Under the pieces are notes generated by a model. The model saw only the letters and a list, made by a program, of their open reading frames with translations, was not told where the DNA came from and did no database searches. DNA of 63,465 nucleotides, the filler included, from Octopus bimaculoides (lineage: Eukaryota), in NCBI RefSeq assembly GCF_001194135.2. It is 3 parts of 3 records of this genome, joined end to end, with 100 filler letters (N's around TTAATTAATTAA, not from the genome) between each part and the next. Parts side by side here need not be neighbours in the genome. Positions count along the whole stretch, not along the records: positions 26,940 to 51,729 come from NC_068999.1; positions 51,830 to 63,465 come from NC_069002.1; 1 more part is not named here. The stretch is one strand, 5' to 3'. Position numbers and translations under genes: made by a program. Below are positions 49,894 to 63,334 of this stretch, piece after piece (positions within the stretch are counted from its first letter, which is position 1; every line of letters begins with the position of its first letter).

Positions 49894-50589
49894 TTATTTG
49901 AGAGTGCGTGCTTGTGTATGTATGTATGTATGTATATACACTTATATTTAATTGAACGGTGTATGAAGAGATAGAGGGAGAGAGTTCGATCTTTGCTTGA
50001 GTGTTTGATTGCTATGTGTATTTTATTGAATCTCTCTGGTAATGTACAGATATAATTAGCAGCAGGCGCCATTTAATTATCACGTGTGTCGGTTAATTAT
50101 GAAATGCAAATTTCCTAAGCTAAATACAGTCCAATCTATTAGAAAATCAACTTACTTCGGTTGTGACAATTATTTTGCTGTACTTTTTAGACTTCTCAGC
50201 AACGTGTCTGACAGTCAAATGATAATTTGATAAAAAGTTTTTAATCAAGATGCTACCTAAACGCCGCCAGCTAGATAATTCAGAATGGCGGCGACTAAAG
50301 ATTGAGGGAAATAAAATGCTTGAAGCGAACTGCCGACAACGAGACGTTGCAAAATAGAGGCAAGAAAAACTTGAAGAAAATAGAATCCGTGAAGAGATTC
50401 TTCGAAAACAAGAAGCACGAGAAGAGAGACACTAAAGCGTCATTTCGTCTTTTTGGCCTTTCTTTACCTTTTTTTTTTTTTTTTTCATTTAAATATGAAG
50501 TAAGTCCGCTGAATATTGCTGTTTCGAATCCCAAGAATCATCGGCTGGTTACTCGATTTCCACGGTGTATAAGTGACTAAGATCATAAC

Positions 50590-50775
50590 ATACAAATATA
50601 TCCTACTAAACAGGCTGTCAGTCCATCGGGGAGTTTCTCTTTTACAGCCGAGTGGACTGGAGCAACGTAAAAACGAAAGTGTTTTGCATAAGAACACAAC
50701 ACACTGCCTCGACCAGGAATCGAAACCGCGAACTCCCGATCTTGACTGCAATACGTGAACCGCAAGGCTATACGC
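50590..50775 (-). mobile_element. tRNA-derived SINE, family D
   Basis: The minus strand has a tRNA-like head (TAGCCTTGCGGTT...GGTTTCGATTCC), then GGCAGTGTGTTGTGTTCTT..ACACTTT..GTTGCTCCAGTCCACTC and CGATGGACTG, the last shared with the 30975-31086 fragment. Confidence 0.7.
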
Positions 50776-50888
50776 CTTTCCTTCCCATCTAACACTTCCC
50801 CAATTCTATTTTTCTTTTCTTCATTTTTTCCCCCTTTCCTTTCCGACTGTCGTTTCTTTTTTCTTTACTTCAAATTTCTTCCTTCATT

Positions 50889-51060
50889 CTTTTATACTCA
50901 AGGCACAAGGCCCGAAATTTTGGGGGAGGGGGGAGCCAGTCGATTACATCGACCCAGTACGCAACTGGTACTTAATTTATCGATCCCGACAAGATGAAAG
51001 GCAAAGTCGACCTCAGCTTGAATTTAAACTCAGAACATAACGGCAGACGAAATGCCGCTA
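50889..51060 (-). mobile_element. SINE family A copy
   Basis: AGGCACAAGGCCCGAAATTT...GTCGATTACATCGACCCAGT...GGCAAAGTCGACCTC is the reverse complement of family A. Confidence 0.85.
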
Positions 51061-51212
51061 TGCGACATTGATTATTAAATTCTGTCTTTCAGATTCCATT
51101 TCTTATGAGTTGAGAAACTAATTAAGTAATGTACAGAGATAAGGCTCGTGGGCCGTTTATTTCTTCTTTGATGTAATTGATATTTACACACATACGCGCA
51201 CACACCACCACC

Positions 51213-51368
51213 ACGGGCTTCTTTTAGTTTCCGTCTACCAAATCTACTCACAAGGCTTTGGTCTGTCCGAGGTCATAGTAGAAAACACTCGCCCAAAGTG
51301 CCACGCAGTGGTACTGAACTTGGAACCATGTTGTTGGGGATCAAACGTCTTACTACACAACCACGCCA
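51213..51368 (-). mobile_element. SINE family B, 5' half
   Basis: ACGGGCTTCTTTTAGTTTCCGTCTACC...GCCACGCAGTGGTACTGAAC is the reverse complement of the family B head. Confidence 0.8.
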
Positions 51369-51692
51369 GTATGTAAGGACAAGGATGGATAGTACCAACT
51401 AAAATAAATGTCTTCAACCTCGTGTTATGCTAAGTTTCGAAATTACGTTAAGGGGACACTTGTCAGTGGAATACTCGGCACTTCTGCTGATTATTGAATA
51501 ACTTGATGATCATCGTCGAAAGCGACGAAGAACCCATCATGTATGTTTATGCATGTGTGTGTCTGTGTGTGAGAGAGAGACTGCGTAAGTTTTGTTAATA
51601 CCACAACGTGTAGACGTGTAGCTGCGATAGGAAATTTTAAGGATTTATGCATATTCATCACTCTAAATCTATAGTATGTTTTACATAGTCAT

Positions 51693-51729
<37 letters not shown>

Positions 51730-51829
51730 NNNNNNNNNNNNNNNNNNNNNNNNNNNNNNNNNNNNNNNNNNNNTTAATTAATTAANNNNNNNNNNNNNNN
51801 NNNNNNNNNNNNNNNNNNNNNNNNNNNNN

Positions 51830-51886
<57 letters not shown>

Positions 51887-51899
51887 GTTATGCGTGTAA

Positions 51900-52380
51900 A
51901 TATAAGCCTGCCTTAAAACCGCTTTGATACAAGCAGAAATTTCAATTGATCGAGCGAGAGAAGCACAAGAGACAAACAGATTGTAGAAAAGAGTGCACAG
52001 TGGTTTATCGAAGTTTGAAAGAGAGAGAATGAAGTACCAGCAGATCAGGAGAAAGCTTACAAGGAATAAACTTGTAGAAAAGGAAAGAATATTGATTTTC
52101 ACGTGAGTGATTCATAGGGGACAATACTTAAGCTGTGCAAGCCTGATCAGCCGCCAGAGAAGCCATGGGAATCGACTAGTTGCAAATTCTGAAACAACTT
52201 TTGGTGACAATAGAACATGTGCAACGTGGTGAAAGGTGTGTTCAGTTTCTGGATTGAAAAGACATGTCGAAAGACTTCATACAATGGCACCGGTTCATTC
52301 TGCTTGCCAGAACGACTGTGCAACATGCAATAAGATGGGAAAATGTTTTGGCGAGGCCCCAGAGTCTCATAAGGACCTCG
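51900..52380 (+). mobile_element. Decayed RTE-type LINE 3' coding remnant with C2H2-like fingers
   Basis: KRVHSGLSKFERERMKYQQIRRKL resembles W..V..G+..FE..R...KR..RK. CATW*KVCSVSGLKRHVERLH and CATCNK... are C-terminal finger-like motifs. Confidence 0.55.
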
Positions 52381-52480
52381 CATTGCATTATCAATGACTC
52401 ATTTCAATGAGTCTTTGAAGCAGTGGATTTGCTCAAATCCAAGAATGCAGCCATACATTGTGTGTGCGTACGTGTGTGTC

Positions 52481-52525
<45 letters not shown>

Positions 52526-53050
52526 ATGTATGTATATGTTTATATATNNNNNNNNNNNNNNNNNNNNNNNNNNNNNNNNNNNNNNNNNNNNNNNNNNNNN
52601 NNNNNNNNNNNNNNNNNNNNNNNNNNNNNNNNNNNNNNNNNNNNNNNNNNNNNNNNNNNNNNNNNNNNNNNNNNNNNNNNNNNNNNNNNNNNNNNNNNNN
52701 NNNNNNNNNNNNNNNNNNNNNNNNNNNNNNNNNNNNNNNNNNNNNNNNNNNNNNNNNNNNNNNNNNNNNNNNNNNNNNNNNNNNNNNNNNNNNNNNNNNN
52801 NNNNNNNNNNNNNNNNNNNNNNNNNTATATATATATCCAGACATACGTACATGTCCTGTTACTATTTTTATTGTATTCGTATAACATTGTTCGTTTGTTT
52901 CCGTCCTTGTTTTTGTATACATTTGCTGCTTTCTTCCAAGGAATCTAATAATCTTAGCTTAGATTTTCCTTGGAGCTGGCCAGATTGGAGCAATCTCGTG
53001 TATAACCAGACGACATTGCAAAGATAATCTGGAACTCAACTGAGTTATAT

Positions 53051-53235
53051 AGGCGCAAGTAAGAAGCTTGCTTCCCAACCACGTGGTTCCAGGTTCAGTC
53101 CTACTGTGTGGCACCATGGGCAAATGTCTTCTACTATAGCTTTCGGCCAACTATAGTTTCCGGTCTTGTGAGTGAACTTGGTAGACGAAAACTGTAAGAA
53201 GTCCATCGTTTATATGTATATATATATATATATGT

Positions 53236-53297
<62 letters not shown>

Positions 53298-53548
53298 GTG
53301 AGTGTGTGTGTGTGTGTGTGTGTAAGTATGTATTTATGTATGTATTTGTGTCTCTCTGTTTATCACCCCACCATCGCTTGACGACCGATGCTGGTGTGTT
53401 TACATAGCCGTAACTTAGCGGCTCGGCAAAAGAACCGTTAAAATAACTACTATGCTTACAAAGAATAAGTCCTGGAATCGATTTGTCCCACTAAAGGAGT
53501 GCTTCAGCATGGCCGCAGTCAAATAACTGAAACAAGTAAAAGATTAAA
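53051..53548 (+). mobile_element. SINE family B, full copy with (TA)n(TG)n linker
   Basis: Both halves align by eye to 12662-13306. Confidence 0.88.
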
Positions 53549-53799
53549 AGCTTAATTAACCAATTAACTAATCGATTCCTCGCCTAAAGGTGACTCTAAT
53601 CAATCTCCCACTAGGTCATTCGTAGTCCTTCCAGAGCAATCACCATTTCGTGAATAATGTGCACTCATATGTAACATACATACGCGTGCGCGCAAAGCAA
53701 ATTAGGAGAAAAACATTTGTTGATAAGATAAATATTTCTGTAAAAATGGCCGAAACGATTTCAGTTATACTAAAAAGAAATAAGAAACTAAAACAGAAA

Positions 53800-53889
<90 letters not shown>

Positions 53890-55261
53890 TCTTGTATACC
53901 CCAGCTCTTAACAACAAACTAATATCAATCATCACATCAGAACATTTTGCGAATAAAGAAAACACTCGCCGAGATGAGGTCGAAGAATTTAAATTCTGCC
54001 CAGTGAAGAATGTGAATCAATCTCAACAACATTCCCCTAATTCTTGGATGCTACAAAGATGGTAACTGTCCAAATACCTGATTGCTCACCCATTTCTTTT
54101 TAACCTCCACCTTGACCTTCCCAATCATACGCAGATTACATGATTTACTGACTATCCTTAACGAATTAGACCAATATTACATCAAATTACGAAAAACTTG
54201 TCTCAAAAGTAGCTAAAATTAGAGATTGTTTATTTCATTAGATTGTTTCTTTCCAGCTGCTCTGAAAAATATCACAGATTCGTCCATCCTCATATCTACT
54301 AATATAAATATATATGTATGTGCTATGTTTATGTTACACAAACAAAAAGGCTATCAATTACAATCATCATCCCTCTCGCCAACGTAACAAATATAACCAG
54401 AGACTGGAATGTCGTGTGGTTATCCTTTTCGTCCAGAATCAAAACAGATTTAACCTCGAGTGATTTATCTTATTCGAGTCCCCGGAAGGTAAACAAAATG
54501 CAAAGCAACTGGTTACGATAATTTCGAAGTGAGACACGAATTGCCGACTGAAAATATTTCAATGGTGACCCGTTCGGTTTGGAGCTTTATAAATAGTCAT
54601 TGATACCTTTTCCAGTTAATCTGCCCGTTGTACTGTCATTATGTTTCATTCTGCTTCCATGCACTGTGCAGAATACTTTTGGTCCTTGTTGTACTGGCAC
54701 CAACAGTTAAAAATACGAAGAGGGTTTGGAAAGATTTCAAACAAGAACAAATAACTCAAGGCCATATACATAGAAATACAGACACAGCAAGAGAAGCAAG
54801 CATAACGAAAACTGGGCAAAAATACCACACCTAAGTATATACTGTAAGTGCATGCCTATTGAAGAACATACAATGACCAACAGCTACAAAACAAGGTCCT
54901 AAGATACGCAAGTGACGACGTGCCATTAAGTGTGGGTTCCATGAGACCACTCAATCTGCTAAAAGTACCAGCTAAATATCTCTGTAGACATGTGAAATAG
55001 CTTCATAGTTGTCAGAAGCATGATGTCTCATGAGGTTCATGCCTCTCTGAATAATAATAGTGAAGCGAGAGGAAAAAACCTCCACTGCTAATTTCTGATC
55101 CATAACGCTGTTTTATTAATCTCTTCTGAAAGCAAGTTTTTAGTATTTGTTATATGAGGCACCAGAAGGATGAAATTCAAAGTCGCCTTGTGTGGGATGG
55201 GAACATAACATTTAAAATGAAGAATCGAACCTGTAATGAATTTAGTTAATAATCTGATATT

Positions 55262-55472
55262 AATTTCAAATTTTGGCACAAGGTCAGCAAGTATAGTCTA
55301 TGGGTAATTTGGCTACATCGAGCCCCAGGGTTCAACTAGTACCTATTTTATCGACCCCCGAAAAAATGAAAGGAGATTTAACCTCGGTAAAATTTGAACT
55401 CAGAACGTGAAGTCGCAAGAAATACCGCTTAGCATTTTGTATGGTATAGAAACGATTCTGCCAGCTCACCGC
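55262..55472 (-). mobile_element. SINE family A copy
   Basis: Reverse complement of family A ending in GATTCTGCCAGCTCACCGC; another decayed + copy lies near 57650-57760. Confidence 0.82.
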
Positions 55473-56230
55473 TCCTTTGTTATCACTAATCAAATCTTGT
55501 TGTTGTTGGATGTTCACATTTTTAACCTTATTAAAGGCGGTAAAAAAATGTTATTACAAGTTCGTTTTTTTCTCGAAAATTCAAAATCTCTAATGAATTT
55601 CTTTTCCTAGCATTAGGCTAATTCTTGCAACTGATCAATGTATTTCATAATCGATTGCCTTGATTCTAGCACATGCCTCTAGATTTATTTCAAAAATAGA
55701 TATTCTTAAACATTCGTTACAAGAATCTAGCGCACTTCTTAATGAACTTTAATAAGAGGTAGAGATGAAACACCTTCAAGCGATTTCGAATCGAACTCGT
55801 GGATCTTTCATCTGCAGTATCATGAGATTTCCTTTATATTTGATGCTGCTCGCAAGTATAAAACACAAGCGTGCGAAAATGCACTAACTAAACTTTATAC
55901 TCACGTGCAGAGTTGCAGAATGTGCACTTAATGTCATGAGAATTGCATTTTGTTGCATCATTAAAGTGAACAGTAGCTTTAACGCAGTAAAAGATATCAA
56001 TGTTATTGGTTTGTTGTTAATAAAGTATCGATTACTTCGATGGTTGGGAATCAGCAGCTCATAGCTATACCTCATCATCTTCCTCCTCTTCCTCCTCCTC
56101 ATCATCACCATCATCACTAACGTCATCATTATCGCTATCTTATTCCCATATTCATCCTTCTACCATTCTTTCTTCTTACAATTCGTATGCCTTAAATGTC
56201 TTTTCTACTTACGGTCGTTTCCCTTTCCAG

Positions 56231-56267
<37 letters not shown>

Positions 56268-56319
56268 GCACGTACTCTTCTTTCTTCTTCTCCTTCCATA
56301 CGTGCGTGTGCGTTTGTGC

Positions 56320-56379
<60 letters not shown>

Positions 56380-56559
56380 ACATAGGTTGATGCATTTTCC
56401 TTAAACTTATTTCTAAAACACAAACTCGGAAGTATCATTCAAGATGGTCTAATTAGGTGCATGAAACGTTCATAAAACTTCATATGTTTATTTTCTTTGT
56501 TTATTAGTTCCAGCCCGAGGGTTGAGAGCATGCTGCAAAACCACTGGTACAATTGGTAT

Positions 56560-56930
56560 TAATTCTACAGTACTTAAGTTTTGATGAAAGAGTTAGGTTG
56601 ATGCTGTCGTTCTCAGGTGCATTTCTTGCTATGACATTTGATCGTCTAGAATCCCTCATGGAAGGTTATCTAGATATCTGTTAATTACATCTGTATCCAC
56701 TCCATGTAGAATTTTCAGTTTTATTGTCAAGATACTTTATAGCTGTACGCCTTTAAACTATAGGCGTTCGCACTATGTGGTCCTGGTTTTGACGAGGCGG
56801 GTTGGACTTTCGGGTTCATGCAGTGACAAGTTCCTTGACTGGTCTACAACTTCATATTATGGGTGTGAAGGGCTTGGAAGTTTAGAATGTTCCAGCGTCA
56901 AATTGCGTTATTGTCTTTAATACACTTATA
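56560..56930 (-). mobile_element. Possible decayed CR1-like LINE 3' end
   Basis: The minus strand loosely matches N+L.F+G..L and L.GV....N+YLD.L...+.D C-terminal patterns, with many stops. Confidence 0.4.
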
Positions 56931-58134
56931 GATTGCATTAAAGTCCTGCTTCAGATACACAACCTCTCTGGCTACAAAACTATCTCGGGCAGTAATATAT
57001 GTGTGTTTATGTATCTGTGCAAATAAATATGTGTGTTTATGTATGTATATATGCATATGTATATGTATATTTTAAAAATTCTCTCGGGTAGTATATGCGT
57101 GTGTATATGCGTGTAAATAAACATGCACATATATGTACGTATACATGTACTTCTATATTCACATGTGTCGTTACTTGTCGTCTTTGTTTTGTCTGTTTCC
57201 TTCCTAGACAACTCTTTCAATGTTTTCTGCTCTGTAAATTTATTCATTTGTTTTTTTTGCAAGAAGTTTTTTTCCTTCTCTTTCCTTCCTTTGTCTCTTT
57301 TCTTTCATTAATTTTGATCGGAGATAGATGTTCAACGAAGCATGGAGTCTACCGCACACTGCAACCGTTGCTGCGCTGTATCTAAGCAGAAAACGCTTTC
57401 ATCTGAAATGACCTACTTAGTCCACATTTATACATTAATAACTGGCGTGCATCAACATTAAAAGTAGCATCAGATAAACAGAACAGGTGAAAGCATCGAG
57501 ACAGTGGTCAACTGGCAAAAATAGATGATTTTAGAATCCGCGCTGTTTTTTTTTATTATTTCCTTTAGATTCTCTTTGAAGGTCATTCCCAAACCATTTT
57601 CTTTGGCAATACCGGATTCAAAAAAACAAAGAATAACAGTGAATATGTGGAACAGGTAGAGCTTCGGAAAAAAAAAATACTTTGTGGTATTTCTTCTAGT
57701 TTTTTTCTACCTGAGTTCAGATCCTGCTGAGGTCACCCTTGCATTTCATTCTTCCAGTGTTAATGAAAATATAAAACAAAAGAAAAAAATCCAACCAGAT
57801 ATTTCGTGCCTCGGACCAAATGTCCCTGCTGATATTTGTTCCAACTCCTAACGTTCTGAGAGTTCAGTCAAGTGCTGCAAACTTGTCTGTGTGTCACGGA
57901 CAACTAAAATATCAAAAGAAAATTTTTAAAAATCGTAAACAGCAATTTTCAATTCTCCAGGAAATCTCCTTCAATACTTCATGGTAAGGAATGGACAAGA
58001 AACAAAATCAAATCAATTTATTTCTATATAGACATCACTTTACATCATTTCAGCAAATAATATTCCTTCCCCCATCTCTTTCTCTCTATGTATGTGTGTA
58101 TGTATGTATGTATGTATGTATGTATGTATGTATG

Positions 58135-58176
<42 letters not shown>

Positions 58177-58526
58177 CCTATCTATCTATCTATCTGTCTG
58201 TCTATCTATGACTATATCACTGTTTATCAACTGATATGCCTATATTTTCGCTTACCCCATTACAGTTATCTTCCTTTTATTCCCTTTCGTTTCCTGCTCA
58301 CATTTTCTCTCTTCATCAATTTCTGTTTATATCAAGTTCGCTTCTTCAATTCCCTAACTTTTTTCTTTCTACCTTACTTCACCCCATCCTTATCCCATTT
58401 CTTTACCTCTGTTCCTTTGTTTCACAGTGACCTGTATCTTCCTTTAACTGAATTTCACCATCAATCTATTATATAATACCTTTTACTTATTCCCTATTCT
58501 CTATTATTACCTATTGTCTACATACA

Positions 58527-58562
<36 letters not shown>

Positions 58563-58714
58563 CGCCTGTTTCTCTTCATGAGCCTTTTATTCTTTCGCTT
58601 CTGACTTTTCTCCACCATCCCAGTCGTCCTTATCCTCCACACACTCTCGCATATGCAGTGTATCTCTTGGATTTCCACGTACTGTGAGTGTGTGTACACA
58701 TATATGTATGCGAA

Positions 58715-58752
<38 letters not shown>

Positions 58753-59236
58753 TGAAAGTCTTTCTCTCTCTGACTCTTTCTTTCATTCAATCATCTTCAT
58801 TCCGTCCAGCTCTTCCACTTTTCGTTCTTACGCCCTCCTTCTCATACTTTTAAGTTCGATATCTTTATACACGTCACTGCTTTAAGTCTTTTCACTGAAA
58901 GGAGAAATTCAAAAAGTAAGGAATCGTTACTCAGAAACTAGAAGACCTCAACAATCGAATACTTACAACAATAGCGGCTTATTAGTGTCTTTTATGGACG
59001 CATTAAGACTGGGGCGGTGAGGTCGAATCACATTCTTACTGTCTTTGCACTAACAGAATCGAACATATAGATGCGTACACATTCATACACAATAAACACA
59101 CGCACACACACACACAAATACACACATGCACACATACACACACATATAAACATATATTTACACACACACATATATGTATATATGTATGTATATGTGTATT
59201 ACATCCACTTTTGTGTGTCAATATATATATATACAC

Positions 59237-59286
<50 letters not shown>

Positions 59287-59498
59287 NNNNNNNNNNNNNN
59301 NNNNNNNNNNNNNNNNNNNNNNNNNNNNNNNNNNNNNNNNNNNNNNNNNNNNNNNNNNNNNNNNNNNNNNNNNNNNNNNNNNNNNNNNNNNNNNNNNNNN
59401 NNNNNNNNNNNNNNNNNNNNNNNNNNNNNNNNNNNNNNNNNNNNNNNNNNNNNNNNNNNNNNNNNNNNNNNNNNNNNNNNNNNNNNNNNNNNNNNNNN

Positions 59499-59558
<60 letters not shown>

Positions 59559-60004
59559 TACACACACACACACCAACTCACACACACATACACACAGAGA
59601 GGAGGTACGCTTACATATAAATAGAAAACACAAACGCACAGATCAGCAGACACACAACGCACATACATGCACGTGCCCGCGCACATGCACATCAAGTCAG
59701 TGAAGCTTGCTGTTTTGCATTCAGCGTATTCTGGCGGATACATGCGTACATACATAACACATACCAGTATGTACATTCATATATCCATACAGCTATTAAC
59801 AGTCAGGTTCTAACCTGTATATATAGATAATCTGGTAAAAAAACAAACAAACAAACAATCAGGTTTGCTTGTAGACACAAGGATCCCTGAGCCAAGATGA
59901 ATCGATACCGATCAATCACCGTTTACAAATATATGAAGAATCGTTGGGGAACTGAGACATTCAGGATATTCAACCGCAAATACAACCACAGGTATTATAT
60001 ATAC

Positions 60005-60414
60005 TCTTTTACTCTTTTACTTGTTTCAGTCATTTGACTGCGGCCATGCTGGAACACCGCCTTTAATCGAGCAAATCGACCGCAGGACTTATTATTTTAA
60101 GCCTAGCACTTATTTTATCGGTCTCTTTTGCTGAACCGCTAAGTTAAGGGGATATAAACACACCGGCATCGGTTGTCAAGCGATGTTGGGGGGGACAAAC
60201 ACAGACATACAAACATATCCACACACATACATATACAAACATATATATACATATATACGACGTGCTTCTTTCTGTTTCCGCCTACCAAATCCACTCTCCA
60301 GGCTTTGGTCGGCTCGAGGCTATAGTAGAAGACATTTGCTCAAGATGCCACGCAGTGGAAATGAACCCGGAACCATGTAGTTGGTAAACAAGCTAGTTAT
60401 CACACAGCCACTCC
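60005..60414 (-). mobile_element. SINE family B, full copy
   Basis: Reverse complement of both family B halves with a CA/TA-rich linker. Confidence 0.88.
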
Positions 60415-61062
60415 TATATATATNNNNNNNNNNNNNNNNNNNNNNNNNNNNNNNNNNNNNNNNNNNNNNNNNNNNNNNNNNNNNNNNNNNNNNNNNNNNN
60501 NNNNNNNNNNNNNNNNNNNNNNNNNNNNNNNNNNNNNNNNNNNNNNNNNNNNNNNNNNNNNNNNNNNNNNNNNNNNNNNNNNNNNNNNNNNNNNNNNNNN
60601 NNNNNNNNNNNNNNNNNNNNNNNNNNNNNNNNNNNNNNNNNNNNNNNNNNNNNNNNNNNNNNNNNNNNNNNNNNNNNNNNNNNNNNNNNNNNNNNNNNNN
60701 NNNNNNNNNNNNNNNNNNNNNNNNNNNNNNNNNNNNNNNNNNNNNNNNNNNNNNNNNNNNNNNNNNNNNNNNNNNNNNNNNNNNNNNNNNNNNNNNNNNN
60801 NNNNNNNNNNNNNNNNNNNNNNNNNNNNNNNNNNNNNNNNNNNNNNNNNNNNNNNNNNNNNNNNNNNNNNNNNNNNNNNNNNNNNNNNNNNNNNNNNNNN
60901 NNNNNNNNNNNNNNNNNNNNNNNNNNNNNNNNNNNNNNNNNNNNNNNNNNNNNNNNNNNNNNNNNNNNNNNNNNNNNNNNNNNNNNNNNNNNNNNNNNNN
61001 NNNNNNNNNNNNNNNNNNNNNNNNNNNNNNNNNNNNNNNNNNNNNNNNNNNNNNNNNNNNNN

Positions 61063-61102
<40 letters not shown>

Positions 61103-61126
61103 GTGCGTTTATGTAAGTATTCGTAT

Positions 61127-62702
61127 TAGCGAGAGAAAGAGGAAAATAGCAGGGAGTGCTACATATTGACGCTCGAAAGTAACCAACATTTGGATACTTT
61201 ATATAGCTTGCGCAACGAACACATAAAAAAGCACACATAAAATTACATGTATATCTACAGGAGTATAAATATACTTACAAATATACACACATATTGAAAC
61301 GCAAACAAATATAAAAAAGTACAAATATATGTACACAAATACATGCTCACATATATAAATATATACACACTCGCATGTATATACGTACACATATAGGAAT
61401 GCATATACATACATATACATACCTACAATATATACATACATACACATAAATATATTGAGACGTATCTACATCATAACGTATATATGCAAACAATTTTTTT
61501 GTCTAATCTGAGGAACTGCAACTTCAAAGATGAGACTTGCTGTCCGTTGGAACGAAAATGTCTTGAAGAAGGTATTGTTTATAGAGCCAAAGTACAAGTA
61601 GATGACTTGCAAGAATACAAAATAAAAACAGAGGCTTCAGAAAAATCATTCAAGACTCGATTCTATACCCACAGAAATTCTTTCCGATACTCCGAGAACA
61701 GGTCAGCGACTACGAATTGAAAGAGAATGACACTCGTTCTTTCAATGTAACCTGGAAAATTCTAGAAAAGGCATCAAGATACAGACAGGGAGCTTATAAA
61801 AGACTTATAAAATGTAATCTTTGCCTCTCAGAGAGGTTCTTCATCTTGTTCCAGGATAAAACTGGTTTGAACCAGGGACGCGAGCTCTTAAATTCTTGCA
61901 GGCACGCTGCAAAATTTAAAATATCAACCGACCTAATACCTTTTGGGTAAAATGTTTTTGATTTTCGAAATATAATTTTTGACTGTCGCATTTGAATTTG
62001 ACTTTACAAGGTATAGTTATTTTGCATCGCTATGCTAATGTATATTGCGACTTCAATTTTAAGAAAGCTTTCGACGGTTTAAAAAAAAATTTAAATTTAA
62101 ATTTAATTTTAAGCTTAAGCTTCGCCAAGGTTCATTTTTATTAATTCATGTTTTTTTAAATTTTTACTCACGCATTTAAATATGTTATATCAAATTGATG
62201 CACAATTTCCTTATTTTACATTATAATATTATACACATCGAACAGTTTTCTTTAAATTGTTCGCATATATACGCTATGATGTATATATGTCTCTATGTAT
62301 TTATGTGTATGTATGCATTGTAAGTATGTATATGTATGTATATGCATGTATGTGTTTGAACGTATACATATGCGTGTTTGTATGTGTATATATATATATA
62401 TGTATATATACATATATATATGTATACATATATAAATGTGTATGTATATGTGTGTATACTTTTATATATGTGAGCATGTATTTGTGTACATATATTTGTA
62501 CTTTTGTATATTTGTTTGCGTATCCATATGTGTGTATATTTGTAAGTATATTTATACTCCTGTAGATATACATGTAATTTTATGTGTGCATTTTTATGTG
62601 TTCCTTGCGCAAGCTATATGAAGTATCCAAATGTTGGTTACTTTCGAGCGTCAATATGTAGCGCTCTCTGGCCCTATCTATTTTCTGCTGTTCTCTCGCT
62701 AG
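61127..62702. repeat. Long imperfect inverted repeat (arms ~61127-61496 and ~62255-62702) enclosing a GIY-YIG remnant
   Basis: GCTACATATTGACGCTCGAAAGTAACCAACATTTGGATACTT...AATTACATGTATATCTACAGGAGTATAAATATACTTACAAATATACAC on the left is mirrored at 62530-62662. The right arm has extra TA/TG sequence. Confidence 0.92.
61500..61930 (+). mobile_element. Penelope-like element remnant, GIY-YIG endonuclease region
   Basis: ORFs 61484..61720 and 61717..61950 give CNFKDETCCPLERKCLEEGIVYRAKV...SFKTRFYTHRNSFR and VTWKILEKASRY...CNLCLSERFFIL...LNQGRELLNSCRHAAKF, a PLE endonuclease pattern broken by a frameshift. Confidence 0.85.
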
Positions 62703-63101
62703 TTCTCCGTTTCTCTTTCTATTAATTTCTTTTTCTTCTTCTCCACTGTTTTCTTCCTCTTCCCATACTTAATATTCTCTGATCTTTCCTTCTCTTCCTT
62801 TCGCCTGTAGCAACTAACTTATATAAGCATAGGGAAAGAGATTTTATGCGCGTGCATGTGTGCGTATATATATTTATGTCTTGCCTATATATATATGTAT
62901 ATTATAGATGGTTTGGTATGTGCATATACTGCTAAATGTATATGTAATCCAACGTGAAAATATTTTTAAACGGATATAACTTTTAATGTATTAATTGATT
63001 AATATTTTTGAAATAATTATTTACCCTGAGTAGTTAGGTTCTGTCCTTCTTTATAAGATATTTTTGATTTATGGTTTTCTTCGATTTTACATAAGCTCGC
63101 C

Positions 63102-63138
<37 letters not shown>

Positions 63139-63334
63139 TGAGGAGGGTATTGGATTTAACCAAACCCCGGNNNNNNNNNNTATATATATATAAGGTTGAG
63201 GAGGGTATTGGATTTAACCAAACCCCGGAGGATACAGGTAATACCAAGTAAGTGCTGTATACCGACTAGTTTGCCCAAGTCGTTGTATGAACAGGATTGG
63301 GGATTATAAGTCGTGTATTAGCGTGTGTAAATGT

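Noticed and set aside
51774-51785. TTAATTAATTAA palindrome as a biological motif (also 26884-26895)
   Set aside because: It is isolated inside N runs and identical at both sites, consistent with an artificial all-frame-stop gap filler.
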